DNA of 64,000 bases from Bacillota bacterium (GCA_023415655.1 JAEZKD010000195.1:892-64891), one strand, 5' to 3'. Positions 22,136-33,204 are shown, counted from the stretch's first letter. Made by a program: numbers and translations. The notes: a model not told the origin generated them from the letters alone.

Positions 22136-22561
22136 TCAACCTTTTCCATCGTTTTTTTTCTTATTCATCATTTCTGTTAACACATTCTTAAATGAAATAC
22201 CCTTATGCTCACCGTTCTCAGGAAGCTGTATTTCTTCCTTGGTAAGCTCTGTAATTACCGATATGTGGTCTTTGGTAACTGCAATTACAACATATTTCTC
22301 TCCCATTTTTACAAGTTGAAGAAATTTGTTGGTAGTAACACGATACGTGTCGAGTACTGTAAAATTACTATTCTTATATTGTTTCAGCTGCTTCGTACCA
22401 ATGAATCTTGTGACATAATAACAAGCAACTATAATCAATACAAAAATGACAATTAGTACAATCAATTCAAAAACACTGTTTGATGAACTGCCCACAGTTC
22501 TCTTGCCATTAAGGTCAAGAGAATCTGCGTCAATATCAAACTGTATGTTACGAAAGAACAT
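22136..22561 (-). CDS. fliO: Flagellar protein FliO/FliZ
   Basis: Single TM plus beta domain, located between cheY and fliP. Confidence 0.85.
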   Translation of the reverse strand: MFFRNIQFDIDADSLDLNGKRTVGSSSNSVFELIVLIVIFVLIIVACYYVTRFIGTKQLKQYKNSNFTVLDTYRVTTNKFLQLVKMGEKYVVIAVTKDHISVITELTKEEIQLPENGEHKGISFKNVLTEMMNKKKNDGKG

Positions 22562-22923
22562 TAACCAATCGCCTTCTTTACAGCTTCAAGCACACGATCT
22601 GCCTGGAATGGTTTTACAATAAAATCTTTTGCTCCAGATTGAATCGACTCGATTACCATTGCCTGCTGTCCCATCGCAGAACACATAATTACATTAGCGG
22701 ATGGATCACCAGCCTTGATCTTTTTTAATGCTTGAATACCATCCATCTCTGGCATTGTGATATCCATCATAACTAAATCAGGCTTAGTTTCATTGTACTT
22801 TTCTACCGCTTTAATTCCATTCTCCGCTTCTCCTGCAATGGTATACCCATTCTTAGAAAGAATGTCCTTAATCATCATTCTCATAAATGCTGCATCATCG
22901 CAAATTAAAATACTTTTAGCCAT
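22561..22923 (-). CDS. cheY: Chemotaxis response regulator CheY
   Basis: DDAAFMRMM, DITMPEMDG, DFIVKPF. Confidence 0.96.
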   Translation of the reverse strand: MAKSILICDDAAFMRMMIKDILSKNGYTIAGEAENGIKAVEKYNETKPDLVMMDITMPEMDGIQALKKIKAGDPSANVIMCSAMGQQAMVIESIQSGAKDFIVKPFQADRVLEAVKKAIG

Positions 22924-22975
22924 TTTAAATCTCCTCTTTGATTTTTTTTCAACTATTATCTTTTGTGTAGAACTT

Positions 22976-24163
22976 TTATTTTACAATTTCAGTAACACGT
23001 ATACCGAATGCTTCTTCGATTACTACAACTTCACCTTTAGCAACATACTTTCCATTCACAAGTACGTCAATTGGCTCTCCAGCCAAACGGTTTAATTCAA
23101 TTATGGTACCAGGTGTAAAATCAAGGATTTCTTTAATTGTCTTACTTGTTCTACCTAATTCAACGGTAACCTCAAGTGGAACATCAAGTAATAAATCAAT
23201 ATTCTCCGTCTGAAGCAATGGACTTCCCATATTCGTAAATGGTTGGAAATCAGCTTGTGCTATATTAACATTTTGCTGCATCCCCTGATTCATCTGCATC
23301 ATCGGATTTATCTGCATCGTTGGATTCATCTGCATTGTTGGATTTATCTGCATCATTGAAGGCTCCATTTGAGTCACTCCTTGCATCTGCATATTCGTAG
23401 CCATTGGTTGTGGCTGTGGTTCCGGTTGCTTTTGTGACTGTGCTGCTTGATTTACTTTATTCACAGCCGCTTGCGCATCCTCAGTTACTGATGAAGTGTA
23501 TTGCATAAATTGTTCATATAAGTCTCTGGCGAATTCAAATGGATATAATTGCATTAATTCACTATCCACTAAATCCCCAATTTCCATTCGAAATGAGACC
23601 TTAACAAAGCGACCCTTTAAGAATTCAGCAATCTCTTGCCCATTGAATTCAGTCAAATCCACAACACTTGCGCTTGGTGGTGAGATATCCACCTTCTTCT
23701 CAAGCATGGAAGAAATCGATGTTGAAGCCGATCCCATCATCTGGTTCATTGCTTCACTGATTGCACTTAAATGTAAATCACTAAGTTCTCCATCTGTATT
23801 ACTACCATCACCACCCATCATAAGATCCGTGATAATTTTAACATCATTTTCTTTTAAGACTAGGATGTTATTACCATCCAAACCGTCTTTATAATAAATC
23901 TGTATAAACACACATGGTCGGTCATAATTTCCAGCCAACACATCCCAGGTTGCATACGACACTTGAGGAGTCGTTATGTTAACACGCTGGTTTACTAAAG
24001 AAGACAATGTAGTTGCTGCGGTCCCCATACTGATGTTCGACATTTCACCAAGAGCATCTTCTTCAGCATCCGTTAATGTTTCAAGGGATGTGTCTTCTTC
24101 GGTACTGGTTCCCATGCCACTTAATAAAGCATTAATCTCTTCTTGAGATAACATACCATCCAT
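22976..24163 (-). CDS. fliY: Flagellar switch phosphatase FliY
   Basis: CheC-like N-domain, Gln/Met-rich linker, FliN-like C-domain. Confidence 0.95.
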   Translation of the reverse strand: MDGMLSQEEINALLSGMGTSTEEDTSLETLTDAEEDALGEMSNISMGTAATTLSSLVNQRVNITTPQVSYATWDVLAGNYDRPCVFIQIYYKDGLDGNNILVLKENDVKIITDLMMGGDGSNTDGELSDLHLSAISEAMNQMMGSASTSISSMLEKKVDISPPSASVVDLTEFNGQEIAEFLKGRFVKVSFRMEIGDLVDSELMQLYPFEFARDLYEQFMQYTSSVTEDAQAAVNKVNQAAQSQKQPEPQPQPMATNMQMQGVTQMEPSMMQINPTMQMNPTMQINPMMQMNQGMQQNVNIAQADFQPFTNMGSPLLQTENIDLLLDVPLEVTVELGRTSKTIKEILDFTPGTIIELNRLAGEPIDVLVNGKYVAKGEVVVIEEAFGIRVTEIVK

Positions 24164-24170
24164 TGATTAG

Positions 24171-25148
24171 CTACTCCTCCCTTATGATAGTTGATACCTT
24201 AACTGCGTATGAATTGGAAGACGAGCCAGGTAATGCAGTAAATTTCTTCATATTTCCTACATAGACATTTAGTTCATCGTTAACCTTCGAATCCAGTTTA
24301 ATGATATCACCCTTTTGCATATTAATAAAATCATTGAGTGAAATTGTACTTCTACCAAGTACTGCACGAATTGGGATCCTTGCCTTAGCAATTGCCACTT
24401 CAATGACATCCTGGTAGTCTTCATCACTCTTCGCTTTCATAGTTGAATACCAGTATTTGGTATTCAGTTTATCAATGATATCTTCCAGACATGCATACGG
24501 AAGACATACATTCATCATTCCTTCAACATTACCAACTCGTATATTCAAGGTAATAATTGAAGCCATATCACTCGGAGAAATAATCTGAGCAAATTGTGAG
24601 TTTGTTTCAATTCGTATTAATCTTGGTTCCAGCTTCACCACATTAGTCCATGGTTCCGCTAAAAGATTGGTCATAACCGTCATAATACGTTCAATAATTA
24701 CTAACTCAATTTCAGAAAAATCTCTCGTTTTATCAAGTGGAACTCCACCCCCACCAAGCATTCGGTCTACAATAGCATAGCCAATGTTCTCGGCTAGTTC
24801 TATAATTATGTTCCCCTCCAATGGAGAGAAATCAATAATCCCAAGTAGTACCGGATTGGATAGTGCATTCGTAAATTCCTGATACACCACTGCCTCTGAA
24901 TTAATAACCTCAATTTGTACATTTTTTCTGAGGTACGCAGGCAAATGCGTAGATAACAATCGACCGTAATGCTCAAAGATTATGTCAAGTGTACGCAGAT
25001 GCTCCTTCGAGAATTTGGAAGGACGGTGAAAATCATAGTTTTTCACCTGTTTTTCTCCGGTGTCTTTAAATTCATCCGCATCCAATTCACCACTGCTTAA
25101 CGCAGCCAATAAATTATCTATTTCGCTTTGGGATAAAACATCACCCAT
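24171..25148 (-). CDS. fliM: Flagellar motor switch protein FliM
   Basis: LSQSEIDNLL, YDFHRPSKFSKE. Confidence 0.97.
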   Translation of the reverse strand: MGDVLSQSEIDNLLAALSSGELDADEFKDTGEKQVKNYDFHRPSKFSKEHLRTLDIIFEHYGRLLSTHLPAYLRKNVQIEVINSEAVVYQEFTNALSNPVLLGIIDFSPLEGNIIIELAENIGYAIVDRMLGGGGVPLDKTRDFSEIELVIIERIMTVMTNLLAEPWTNVVKLEPRLIRIETNSQFAQIISPSDMASIITLNIRVGNVEGMMNVCLPYACLEDIIDKLNTKYWYSTMKAKSDEDYQDVIEVAIAKARIPIRAVLGRSTISLNDFINMQKGDIIKLDSKVNDELNVYVGNMKKFTALPGSSSNSYAVKVSTIIREE

Positions 25149-25187
25149 AGTCTAGCCTCCAACTCTCGCAAATTCTATCACTAATTC

Positions 25188-25700
25188 CTATTGAGATACC
25201 CATTTACTAAATGTGATACCAATGATACATTCTGAATTAAATACTTCGGTTTGAAGTTTATTCAAAATAACATCTTTGACAATATCCTTATTAGGAATAA
25301 ACTCTTCGTAAGTTAACTTTGAAACTTCATCATTGATAATTTCTTGAATCTTATCATCAAATTGTTCCATTAACCCTTTGACCTTTGTATAATCCTCTGC
25401 CTTTTTGTTTAGTGATACAGAAGCTTTTACCAAAGCCATATGTGGTTTTCCATCAGTACCAGTCGATAGATTAACCGTCAATTCTTCAGAAACTAGATAT
25501 GTATCTAAATCACCAATATCAATCGTTTCTTCCTTGATCGTCTGCGATTCTAATTCCAAATCAATAATCTGAGCCACCTTCGTAATCAGAGTATTTGTCT
25601 GATTGACAGTTGGCATAAATACAAATAGTAATACTGCTGTTAAAGTTAAGTTAATTAAAGTTGCAGCAAGTATGATTACTGCCAAAATGTTCTTTTTCAT
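25188..25700 (-). CDS. fliL: Flagellar basal body protein FliL
   Basis: N-terminal TM, TVNL motif, between motB and fliM; start approximate. Confidence 0.88.
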   Translation of the reverse strand: MKKNILAVIILAATLINLTLTAVLLFVFMPTVNQTNTLITKVAQIIDLELESQTIKEETIDIGDLDTYLVSEELTVNLSTGTDGKPHMALVKASVSLNKKAEDYTKVKGLMEQFDDKIQEIINDEVSKLTYEEFIPNKDIVKDVILNKLQTEVFNSECIIGITFSKWVSQ

Positions 25701-25745
25701 ATTCAGCATCCATGCCTTTCTTTCAAGATTCCCTAATGACAAGCA

Positions 25746-26558
25746 TTAGTCAGAATTCATACGGTTGTAGATTCGAATTTCAATACGACGATTCAAAGCT
25801 CTTCCATCACTTGTCGTATTCTCAGCAACCGGATCGTATTCTCCTCGACCAATCCACTCCAAATTAGCCGCATTGATTTGTTTTACATTCATCAAATATT
25901 CTGCTGCGTTAATTGCTCTTGCCGAAGACAATTCATTGTTGTTTTTGTATTTACCTGAAGTAACTGGTACACTATCGGTATGACCAATGATAGAGATTCG
26001 ATAATCGGAGTAGTATTTTAGGATGTCACCAATCTTTGAGAAAATTGGAAGTGCATCCTTTTTCAGTTCTGCTTTCCCTGAATCATAAAGCAACGAGCCA
26101 CTTACATTAATCATAACGTATTGAAATCCATCTTCATCGGTCTGTATATCGACATAATCGTCTAGATTATACTTTGTACTTAATTCAGAGATGCTATCAT
26201 ACATTTGCTCTGTTTCTGCTTTGTTAGCTTCTTCAATTCTCTCATGTAATTCCTTGTATTCTTGTCCTTGCGATTCCTCTGATTGTTGACCCATATTATT
26301 GTAATAGGAATCCAGATCATTTAACTGTGCAATTCCCATACTAATTAATTGACCTTGACCAACCGAACTTCCTCCTCCGTCAAAGATACTAAAACTACTA
26401 GTAACAGAAGCAACCACGCCTTCCCATTTTTCTTCGTCTACGGTAGACATTGCAAACAATAATACGAAGAAACAAAGCAAAAGGTTCATAAGGTCAGAAA
26501 ACGTATTCATCCATGCCGGGGAGCCCTTTGGTGGATCTTCCGGTCTTCTTTTAGCCAT
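25746..26558 (-). CDS. motB: Flagellar stator MotB
   Basis: WMNTFSDLMNLLLCFF, GHTD, NRRIEI. Confidence 0.96.
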   Translation of the reverse strand: MAKRRPEDPPKGSPAWMNTFSDLMNLLLCFFVLLFAMSTVDEEKWEGVVASVTSSFSIFDGGGSSVGQGQLISMGIAQLNDLDSYYNNMGQQSEESQGQEYKELHERIEEANKAETEQMYDSISELSTKYNLDDYVDIQTDEDGFQYVMINVSGSLLYDSGKAELKKDALPIFSKIGDILKYYSDYRISIIGHTDSVPVTSGKYKNNNELSSARAINAAEYLMNVKQINAANLEWIGRGEYDPVAENTTSDGRALNRRIEIRIYNRMNSD

Positions 26559-27360
26559 TTACTTCACCACCCTCAGCATTTCCCAACTCATTTCTCTTCA
26601 CTGGAGATAAGAAAGATTTTAGTTTCTCTTCAATAACTCGAGGATTTTCACCAGCTTGAATGGATAACAAGCCTTCCACCATAACTTCCTTTAACATAAT
26701 CTCATTTGCATTATTCGCTTTTAACTTATTAGCCACCGGAGCACAAATCCAGTTCGCTAAGACCGAACCATAAAAAGTTGTTACTAACGCTACTGACATG
26801 TTTGGACCTACACTTGATACATCTGATAATTTAAGTAACATGTTAATCAGACCAATTAAGGTACCAATCATACCCCAAGCAGGACCCATCGTCCCAAGAT
26901 TCTCCCAAAAGCTAATAATGCTCTTATGTCGATCCTCTACACACATCAACTCTGTTTCCATGATACTACGAACTAACTCTGGATCTGTACCATCAACGAT
27001 TAGTAACACACCCTTTTTCATAAACTCATCTTCTACCGAATTTGCTGCTTCTTCCAAAGCAAGCAACCCTTCTTTACGAGCCACATTCGAAAGACTAATA
27101 ATACTTTCAATGGTTTCTTTTTCATTCGATGGCATTGGCTTTAAGATAAGTGCAAAACTCTTTAAACCATTCACAAATTCTCTAATGCTAGGGCTCATTG
27201 CTAACAAAGTTGCAAAGGAACCACCAAATGTTATATAAACAGAATTCATATCAATAAAGCCTTTAATTGCAACAAAACCGTCTTCGGCCACAATACCGAA
27301 TATCATGAGACCAAAGGCTAGAACTAGTCCAAGAATTGATGCTAGATCCATAAACACCAC
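26551..27360 (-). CDS. motA: Flagellar stator MotA
   Basis: ARKEGLLALE, PAWGMIGTLIGL. Confidence 0.96.
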   Translation of the reverse strand: MVFMDLASILGLVLAFGLMIFGIVAEDGFVAIKGFIDMNSVYITFGGSFATLLAMSPSIREFVNGLKSFALILKPMPSNEKETIESIISLSNVARKEGLLALEEAANSVEDEFMKKGVLLIVDGTDPELVRSIMETELMCVEDRHKSIISFWENLGTMGPAWGMIGTLIGLINMLLKLSDVSSVGPNMSVALVTTFYGSVLANWICAPVANKLKANNANEIMLKEVMVEGLLSIQAGENPRVIEEKLKSFLSPVKRNELGNAEGGEVNG

Positions 27361-27379
27361 CTACCTGTCATTATTTTAT

Positions 27380-27577
27380 CTATTCCCCTATATTCTGACA
27401 TAAAAGTTCTTTTTTATATAATTTTACTAAATCTACTACGCTTTGTCTACTTTCTTTTACAAATATTTTCTTACCGTTAGTTAGCGTAATTACTGTATCT
27501 GGCACCTCTTCGACTGACTCAATTAGGTCGCAATTTAACGTGAATTTTGAATCATTTAACTTAGTTAAATCAATCAT
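27380..27577 (-). CDS. flbD: FlbD/SwrD family flagellar protein
   Basis: MIDLTKLN...LNCDLIE...PDTVITL. Confidence 0.9.
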   Translation of the reverse strand: MIDLTKLNDSKFTLNCDLIESVEEVPDTVITLTNGKKIFVKESRQSVVDLVKLYKKELLCQNIGE

Positions 27578-27600
27578 TTTTCTCCTATCCAATCCATAAA

Positions 27601-27638
27601 CTTCCTGCTAACAGAGGTTTCCCTCTGTCAACAGGAAG
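27601..27638. terminator. Hairpin after flgE
   Basis: CTTCCTG.T.ACAGAGG / CCTCTGT.A.CAGGAAG stem. Confidence 0.55.
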
Positions 27639-27647
27639 TCCCATGCA

Positions 27648-29099
27648 TTATCGTTTTAGATTAATAAGTTCTTCTAATAATGTATCAGAAGTCGTAATAA
27701 TACGTGAGTTTGCCTGGAAACCTCTTTGCGTTGTGATCATCTCAGTAAACTGAGCAGAAAGATCTACGTTTGACATTTCAAGAACACCAGTCGTAAACTT
27801 GCCACCAGCTGCTGTAACATCTTCACCAATTCCATTGAATTCGCCAGAGTTTTGAGTCGCAGCAAACATATTATTACCAATCGCTTCAAGACCAGCTGCA
27901 TTCGAGAAGGTCGCTACTACTACCTGTCCCAACAGCCTTTGATCGCCATTATCGTAAACACCAAAAATCTTACCCTGTAAGTCGATGGAGACTCCAGACA
28001 TATTACCTACTTCCTTACCAGCACCAGCACCTGTTTCCTTATTACCTTTTGTGGATTCAACCGTTGTCTTACCACTGTTGCTAAACATCGTTAAGGAAGA
28101 AAAATCAACATTGATATCCTTGAATGGTCCACCTTCTGAGATAACTCCTAACGTGACCGATTTACCACCCTCTTCTTCACCAACACTCTTAAATTTACCA
28201 GTAGCTGTGTCAAAGGCCAAAGCAACTGCTTCTCCTTCAAGAGTTACTGTTCCATCTTCATTAACAGTAGCATCGAAAGTGTTTCCATCGGAACCAAAAG
28301 TAACCTGTGTAATATTTGTTTCTGAATAAGTAACGGTACCATCATCCTCCGTTACCTTCTGTACAAAGATAGAATCTCCATTCTTATCATAAACGTTAGT
28401 TAAGCTAACAAGGTAATTACCTACATTGCCATCCGCACTTTCTGTATCCTGTGTAATTTTAAGCTCAGCATTATAGCTATTTCCTACATTATCAAAGAAG
28501 CTTATTACTACAACCTTACCAGCTGCGCTTGTAAGGGCAGTATCCATACTATCGATGTTTCCATGAAGATAAGCTTCCGTAGTTGCTTCTGGTGCAGAGT
28601 AAAGATTTTCTGCAGACATAATCTTTAAAGGTGATACTGTATCAGCTACTGTTCTCGTAGGGTCCTCTGGATCTGGCTGCCAACCCATTACGGTTGCACC
28701 AGTTGGTGTACATAAGGTACCTGCAGCATCGACATTAAAGGAGCCTGCCTTTGTAAAATAATTACCATTTCCATTGTTAACTACAAAGAAACCATCTCCT
28801 TCAATCATAAGATCGAATGGATTATCTGTTCTTTGAGAACCACCTGTTTGTGTGATACTTGTAGTTATAGAAGCAAGATTTGCACCAAGACCAACCTGCA
28901 TCGCATTTGTACCTGCTGTCCCAGTCGTTGCATTTGGACCAGAAGCACTTTTAGTTGTCTGATATAAAATATCAGAAAATGTAACAGAACTTGCTTTAAA
29001 ACCAACGGTATTAACGTTCGAAATATTATTACCAATAACGTCCATCTTTGTCTGATGTACACGTAATCCGGAAACTCCGGAATATAATGATCTCATCAT
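27648..29099 (-). CDS. flgE: Flagellar hook protein FlgE
   Basis: MMRSLYSGVSGL...GNNISNVNTVGFK; LEMSNVDL; GGAGG RBS before 29099. Confidence 0.96.
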   Translation of the reverse strand: MMRSLYSGVSGLRVHQTKMDVIGNNISNVNTVGFKASSVTFSDILYQTTKSASGPNATTGTAGTNAMQVGLGANLASITTSITQTGGSQRTDNPFDLMIEGDGFFVVNNGNGNYFTKAGSFNVDAAGTLCTPTGATVMGWQPDPEDPTRTVADTVSPLKIMSAENLYSAPEATTEAYLHGNIDSMDTALTSAAGKVVVISFFDNVGNSYNAELKITQDTESADGNVGNYLVSLTNVYDKNGDSIFVQKVTEDDGTVTYSETNITQVTFGSDGNTFDATVNEDGTVTLEGEAVALAFDTATGKFKSVGEEEGGKSVTLGVISEGGPFKDINVDFSSLTMFSNSGKTTVESTKGNKETGAGAGKEVGNMSGVSIDLQGKIFGVYDNGDQRLLGQVVVATFSNAAGLEAIGNNMFAATQNSGEFNGIGEDVTAAGGKFTTGVLEMSNVDLSAQFTEMITTQRGFQANSRIITTSDTLLEELINLKR

Positions 29100-29200
29100 A
29101 ATGACATAACCTCCTGTTGTGTGAATGCTCTTCGGCTTCAGGCAATCCACCGAATCACTCCCTAAAAAAGGTCCAGTGTTTCATTCACATATGTTTAATA

Positions 29201-29599
29201 TTAAATAATGACTGCTCCATCGATGTTGGTAAACACTCTGTCTTCACCATCATTTACTGCTGTAACGACGGTATTGTTTTTTACATTCACAATAAACGCC
29301 ATATTGTCTACCATAACAAGCGATTCTTTGATTCCCTTCTCACTTGCCATTTTGGCACCCGATTCTAGTCTGGAAAGCTGCGAACTCGTCAAATCGATAT
29401 TTCTTGATGTCAGTCGTTCACTTGCATGCTTTGAAAACTTTAATTCACCACTGGTACGAACGTTTTTTTGCTGTTCAAAGATTTCCTGAAAGGACTTTCC
29501 TTGATTTACATTTACGTTGCTACTAATTGTACTCGATTGATTTAAATATTGATTCGCGGCCTGTTCAATGGAGGTAAAGTTCTTATTGATTGAATTCAT
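29201..29599 (-). CDS. Flagellar operon protein (TIGR02530 family)
   Basis: LKFSKHASERL...FTNIDGAVI. Confidence 0.9.
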   Translation of the reverse strand: MNSINKNFTSIEQAANQYLNQSSTISSNVNVNQGKSFQEIFEQQKNVRTSGELKFSKHASERLTSRNIDLTSSQLSRLESGAKMASEKGIKESLVMVDNMAFIVNVKNNTVVTAVNDGEDRVFTNIDGAVII

Positions 29600-29618
29600 A
29601 CGAATTTCATCTCCTTAC

Positions 29619-30434
29619 TTACTCCGTTTTCCCATCCTCCTGGGAATTACTCTCACTGCTTTCTTGCTTTGCTGTTAAATCCGGCATAGTAGTCGCTTTG
29701 GAATTCGTTACATTGATTGTAACCTTATCTGTAATCGCTGTGTATAAAGAATCATTGAAAGCGATTGTAGGTTTGTACTGACCGTTTGGCAATTGGCTCA
29801 TTAGCTCGCTACTGATGGTAAGCTGATTCTTATTAAGACTAATGTACTTACTGTCTACGATTTGATTGTTTAAAATCACTGCGACCTGAGTTGCCACGGT
29901 ATTCTCTTGACCAAGGTTTACTTCAAAGGTTAAGTCCTTAGCATTGTTTGGATCAAAATTATGTGTTACATTCATTTCAACATTCGGACGATTTTGATTC
30001 GTCACATAAGTACTGTCTACTACACTATAGACTTGACTTTGATCATACAATTTGCCATTGACTGATAATTGAACCTTAGTTCCAGAGACATTAATAAAAT
30101 CTACGGTACCATTTACATATTGTGTCTTACCATTGGAGTCAGTGGATGTTAATACAACTTCTTTTCCAACCAAAGAAAATGCATGTGATTTTTCTGTATT
30201 GGCCGATAAATTCTGAAGCTGTTCTAATTGTGAAAAAGTTGCAAGCTGTGATACAAACTCAGTATCCGTACTTGGATTAAGTGGATCTTGATTTTGCATC
30301 TGAGTTACAAGCAATTGAAGAAATGCATCCTTATCAAGATTACTTGTACCAAGGCTTGTTGTTCTTGTTGAGGTAATTGCACTAGAAGCTTGTGTTAGCT
30401 CCCCACCTGTTACTGCTGCTACAATATTTGACAT
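29619..30434 (-). CDS. flgD: Hook capping protein FlgD with C-terminal extension
   Basis: LDKDAFLQLLVTQMQNQDPLNP. Confidence 0.95.
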   Translation of the reverse strand: MSNIVAAVTGGELTQASSAITSTRTTSLGTSNLDKDAFLQLLVTQMQNQDPLNPSTDTEFVSQLATFSQLEQLQNLSANTEKSHAFSLVGKEVVLTSTDSNGKTQYVNGTVDFINVSGTKVQLSVNGKLYDQSQVYSVVDSTYVTNQNRPNVEMNVTHNFDPNNAKDLTFEVNLGQENTVATQVAVILNNQIVDSKYISLNKNQLTISSELMSQLPNGQYKPTIAFNDSLYTAITDKVTINVTNSKATTMPDLTAKQESSESNSQEDGKTE

Positions 30435-30445
30435 AGCTTTCTCCT

Positions 30446-31822
30446 TTATGCGGAATAATCAATTTGTGAACCTGAATCAAGAGTTTCCGTTTGCAAGAGT
30501 TCTTCTTCCTCTTCCATCGCAAATGTACCCAAATCCGCTCGAAAGACTTTTTTACCATTACTAGAAGTTGAGTTTTGCTGATTCTTACCTTGACTCATGT
30601 CATTGCTTTGATCAAAACCAAACTGTGACACTGTCACTTCAATCGCTTCGACCTTAACTCCTTGATTGTTCAGATTATCCTTTAGAACTTGCATCTGACT
30701 TTCAATCGCTTCCTTCGCTAACTGGTTTTGTGTAATAAAAGATGCTGTAATCACTCCTTCTTTGGAAGTAATGCTAAGAGCGATTCTTCCTAGGTGCTCG
30801 GGATTTAAATTGAATTCCATCGAAGTCTGAGTCGGTTTGATTGTTATCTTAACCGCATCAATAATTTGATTTGCAATGTCACGTAATTGGTGAATTTCAC
30901 TTAATTGCTCACTAAAATTTACTTCTTGAGTCGTATTCGCATTCGCTACAATTTGATCAACAAATTGTGTTACCGCTTGTGTTTTGTCTTGATCACTCTT
31001 ACCATCGCCAGAAGTTTGAGACTCCGTTTCACTTGACGTAGTTACTTGAGCTTTCGTTGAATCCGATTCTTTCACTACTGTGAATTCCATCTTCATTCCC
31101 TCATTCTCTTCTTGCCCAGCTTGTACCAATCCGTCTGCTTTGGCGGAAACCTCAGCATCCTCTGTCCGAACAATATCTTCTGCTGTTGGATGTAATAGAT
31201 TCATTAAGTTTGCAAATTCTGTTTCATCCTGAACAATGCTTTGGATATCTTCACTGCTCACATTGTAATCTTGCATCAACTGAGTGATGTCCTTTACCAT
31301 GTTGGCTAACTGCAAGCCAAGAGAATGGTCCGTTAATAACATCGAAGCATCTTCTATTCCTGCACATTCTAAGGTGAGTTGTAGGAGTTTGTCAGGGTTT
31401 AGCAAGTCAATCATAGAAAGGCCTAGTGTTTCCATAATAGAAACAAGCTCTTCCTCGGTAAGATTAAGTTCTTCCATTACAATCTCTTTTGCTTCTTCTA
31501 CAACATTTGCAACATCCTCAAGCTTACTATCACCTTGGTTAAGTTCTGACGTTTTTGAAACCTCATTCTGACTACTTTGCACTTTGTTTGCTTTAGTATT
31601 GGTAATAGTGTCAGTGCTACTAGCCTTCGTATTACTAATAACTTTTTTATCCGTTTGACTCTCGATTGGTTTGCTCATCTGATCACGGTATGATCTATTT
31701 AGTAGCTTATCAAAAGAAATCGAGTCATTGGATTTCGCAACGCTAGTTTCTGCACTACCACTTTTTGGCGTTAGGTCCATACGATTAGTAACAATGTTAC
31801 CTATCGCTTGTCCTGTCATCAT
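30446..31822 (-). CDS. fliK: Hook-length control protein FliK
   Basis: LNPEHLGRI FliK_C motif; start approximate. Confidence 0.92.
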   Translation of the reverse strand: MMTGQAIGNIVTNRMDLTPKSGSAETSVAKSNDSISFDKLLNRSYRDQMSKPIESQTDKKVISNTKASSTDTITNTKANKVQSSQNEVSKTSELNQGDSKLEDVANVVEEAKEIVMEELNLTEEELVSIMETLGLSMIDLLNPDKLLQLTLECAGIEDASMLLTDHSLGLQLANMVKDITQLMQDYNVSSEDIQSIVQDETEFANLMNLLHPTAEDIVRTEDAEVSAKADGLVQAGQEENEGMKMEFTVVKESDSTKAQVTTSSETESQTSGDGKSDQDKTQAVTQFVDQIVANANTTQEVNFSEQLSEIHQLRDIANQIIDAVKITIKPTQTSMEFNLNPEHLGRIALSITSKEGVITASFITQNQLAKEAIESQMQVLKDNLNNQGVKVEAIEVTVSQFGFDQSNDMSQGKNQQNSTSSNGKKVFRADLGTFAMEEEEELLQTETLDSGSQIDYSA

Positions 31823-31905
31823 TGAATTCCTCCTTTCTTTCAAGATAATTTATGTCATCTAAGTTGCTTAGAAATGACCTTTCCTTAATCATACTTACTT
31901 TTACT

Positions 31906-31933
31906 ATATCGACAAATCCAAAATAAATCCTTA
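31906..31933 (-). promoter_or_regulatory. Putative sigma-28 promoter upstream of fliK
   Basis: TAAG-N16-GTCGATAT versus consensus TAAA-N15/16-GCCGATAT. Confidence 0.65.
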
Positions 31934-31937
31934 ATTA

Positions 31938-32723
31938 TCATTTCAAACTTTGGACAATCGCATTGTACTTTTCTTCATCCATATCTGCCATCTTTTTAAA
32001 GATTTTTGCTACGAAAAGTTGATCCATCTTATCAAGAATAGCTGCACACTCATCTGGCTTCATGGTAAGGAGTACTTTTGATATCCATTCCATATCCGCA
32101 GTCATCTCTTCAAGAACTGCAGCTGCTTGAGATGGTTTCATAGTTTTAATAATCTTTGCTTTCTCTCGGATGGATTCATCATATTGTAATTGCTCTAATA
32201 CAAGACGATAAATCTCCTCAGCAGTCGTTGGATTGATTGCTTCATAATATAATTTATATTCCTCAATTTCAGGTGCCTTCGAGTTAAAGACTACATTCTT
32301 ATCAAAATCCTTCACTCTTTCTTCAAAAGCAATCTGTTGTTCTTCAAACACCTTCAAACGCTCCACTTCCTTTTGTAAATCAGAAGCGCTTTGCGCATAA
32401 GTATCTCGCTCAGTTGTGAGCGTATCCACCTGAATTTCTAATTGTTTGATGTATGCTACAGCATCCTTAATATCCCGATACGGGTAATTTTCTTCCCAAG
32501 CAATCTGTTCATCCGAAACAGGGGGTAAGATCCAATGAATCACAGGTACATCCTTTAAAGATGGACGAAGCGAAGTACCAATACCACCAACATCTGCACG
32601 AATGATTACTATAAAGATAATAATCCAAGCTAGAAGAATCCCAAGAATCACAAGGAAAACTCCCAGTTTCCCACTTGATTTTTTCTTTTCTTCTTCGTCT
32701 ATTGCTTTATTCTTTTTCGCCAT
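31938..32723 (-). CDS. YlxF/MotE-like flagellar protein (MgtE-N-like C-terminus)
   Basis: TM, coiled coil, MKPSQAAAVLEEM; located between fliJ and fliK. Confidence 0.8.
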   Translation of the reverse strand: MAKKNKAIDEEEKKKSSGKLGVFLVILGILLAWIIIFIVIIRADVGGIGTSLRPSLKDVPVIHWILPPVSDEQIAWEENYPYRDIKDAVAYIKQLEIQVDTLTTERDTYAQSASDLQKEVERLKVFEEQQIAFEERVKDFDKNVVFNSKAPEIEEYKLYYEAINPTTAEEIYRLVLEQLQYDESIREKAKIIKTMKPSQAAAVLEEMTADMEWISKVLLTMKPDECAAILDKMDQLFVAKIFKKMADMDEEKYNAIVQSLK

Positions 32724-32743
32724 TAAAGACTCTCCTTTGATTC

Positions 32744-33190
32744 TTAAGTTTCTTTCATGGAATACTTAAAGCTGACCAATTCATCTATTTCTTTCATTTC
32801 GCCCTCGTTGAATTCCTTTTTATATTCCTCCAACTTAAGTTCCTTCAGCTTTTCATGCGTTTTTCGCTCTATGATTGCCAAATTAAGCTTCTGCATTGCT
32901 AGATCTACCATCTGCTCTGCTTTTCTCACCACATTCTTTTGTGTCTTAATCCGGTCTTTCATCGTCTCGATTGCCTCTTCATATCGACGTAACTGGAGCA
33001 CCTTCAATTTAGAACTCATCGCTTCCCGTAAGTTTTCTTCATAGCCAGCTTTGCGTTGTTCAAACACGAAAAGCTTCTCTTCTTCTTCGTTTAACTTCAT
33101 TTTTGCGATAGAGTAATTATTTTTTTCTTGTTCCTCGAGCTTACTCTTAAGATTCAGTATATTTTGCATTTGATATGAGAATTTCTTCAT
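32744..33190 (-). CDS. fliJ: Flagellar export chaperone FliJ
   Basis: MKKFSYQMQNIL...EMKEIDE; follows fliI. Confidence 0.93.
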   Translation of the reverse strand: MKKFSYQMQNILNLKSKLEEQEKNNYSIAKMKLNEEEEKLFVFEQRKAGYEENLREAMSSKLKVLQLRRYEEAIETMKDRIKTQKNVVRKAEQMVDLAMQKLNLAIIERKTHEKLKELKLEEYKKEFNEGEMKEIDELVSFKYSMKET

Positions 33191-33204
33191 GATGTCCCTT
33201 TCTC

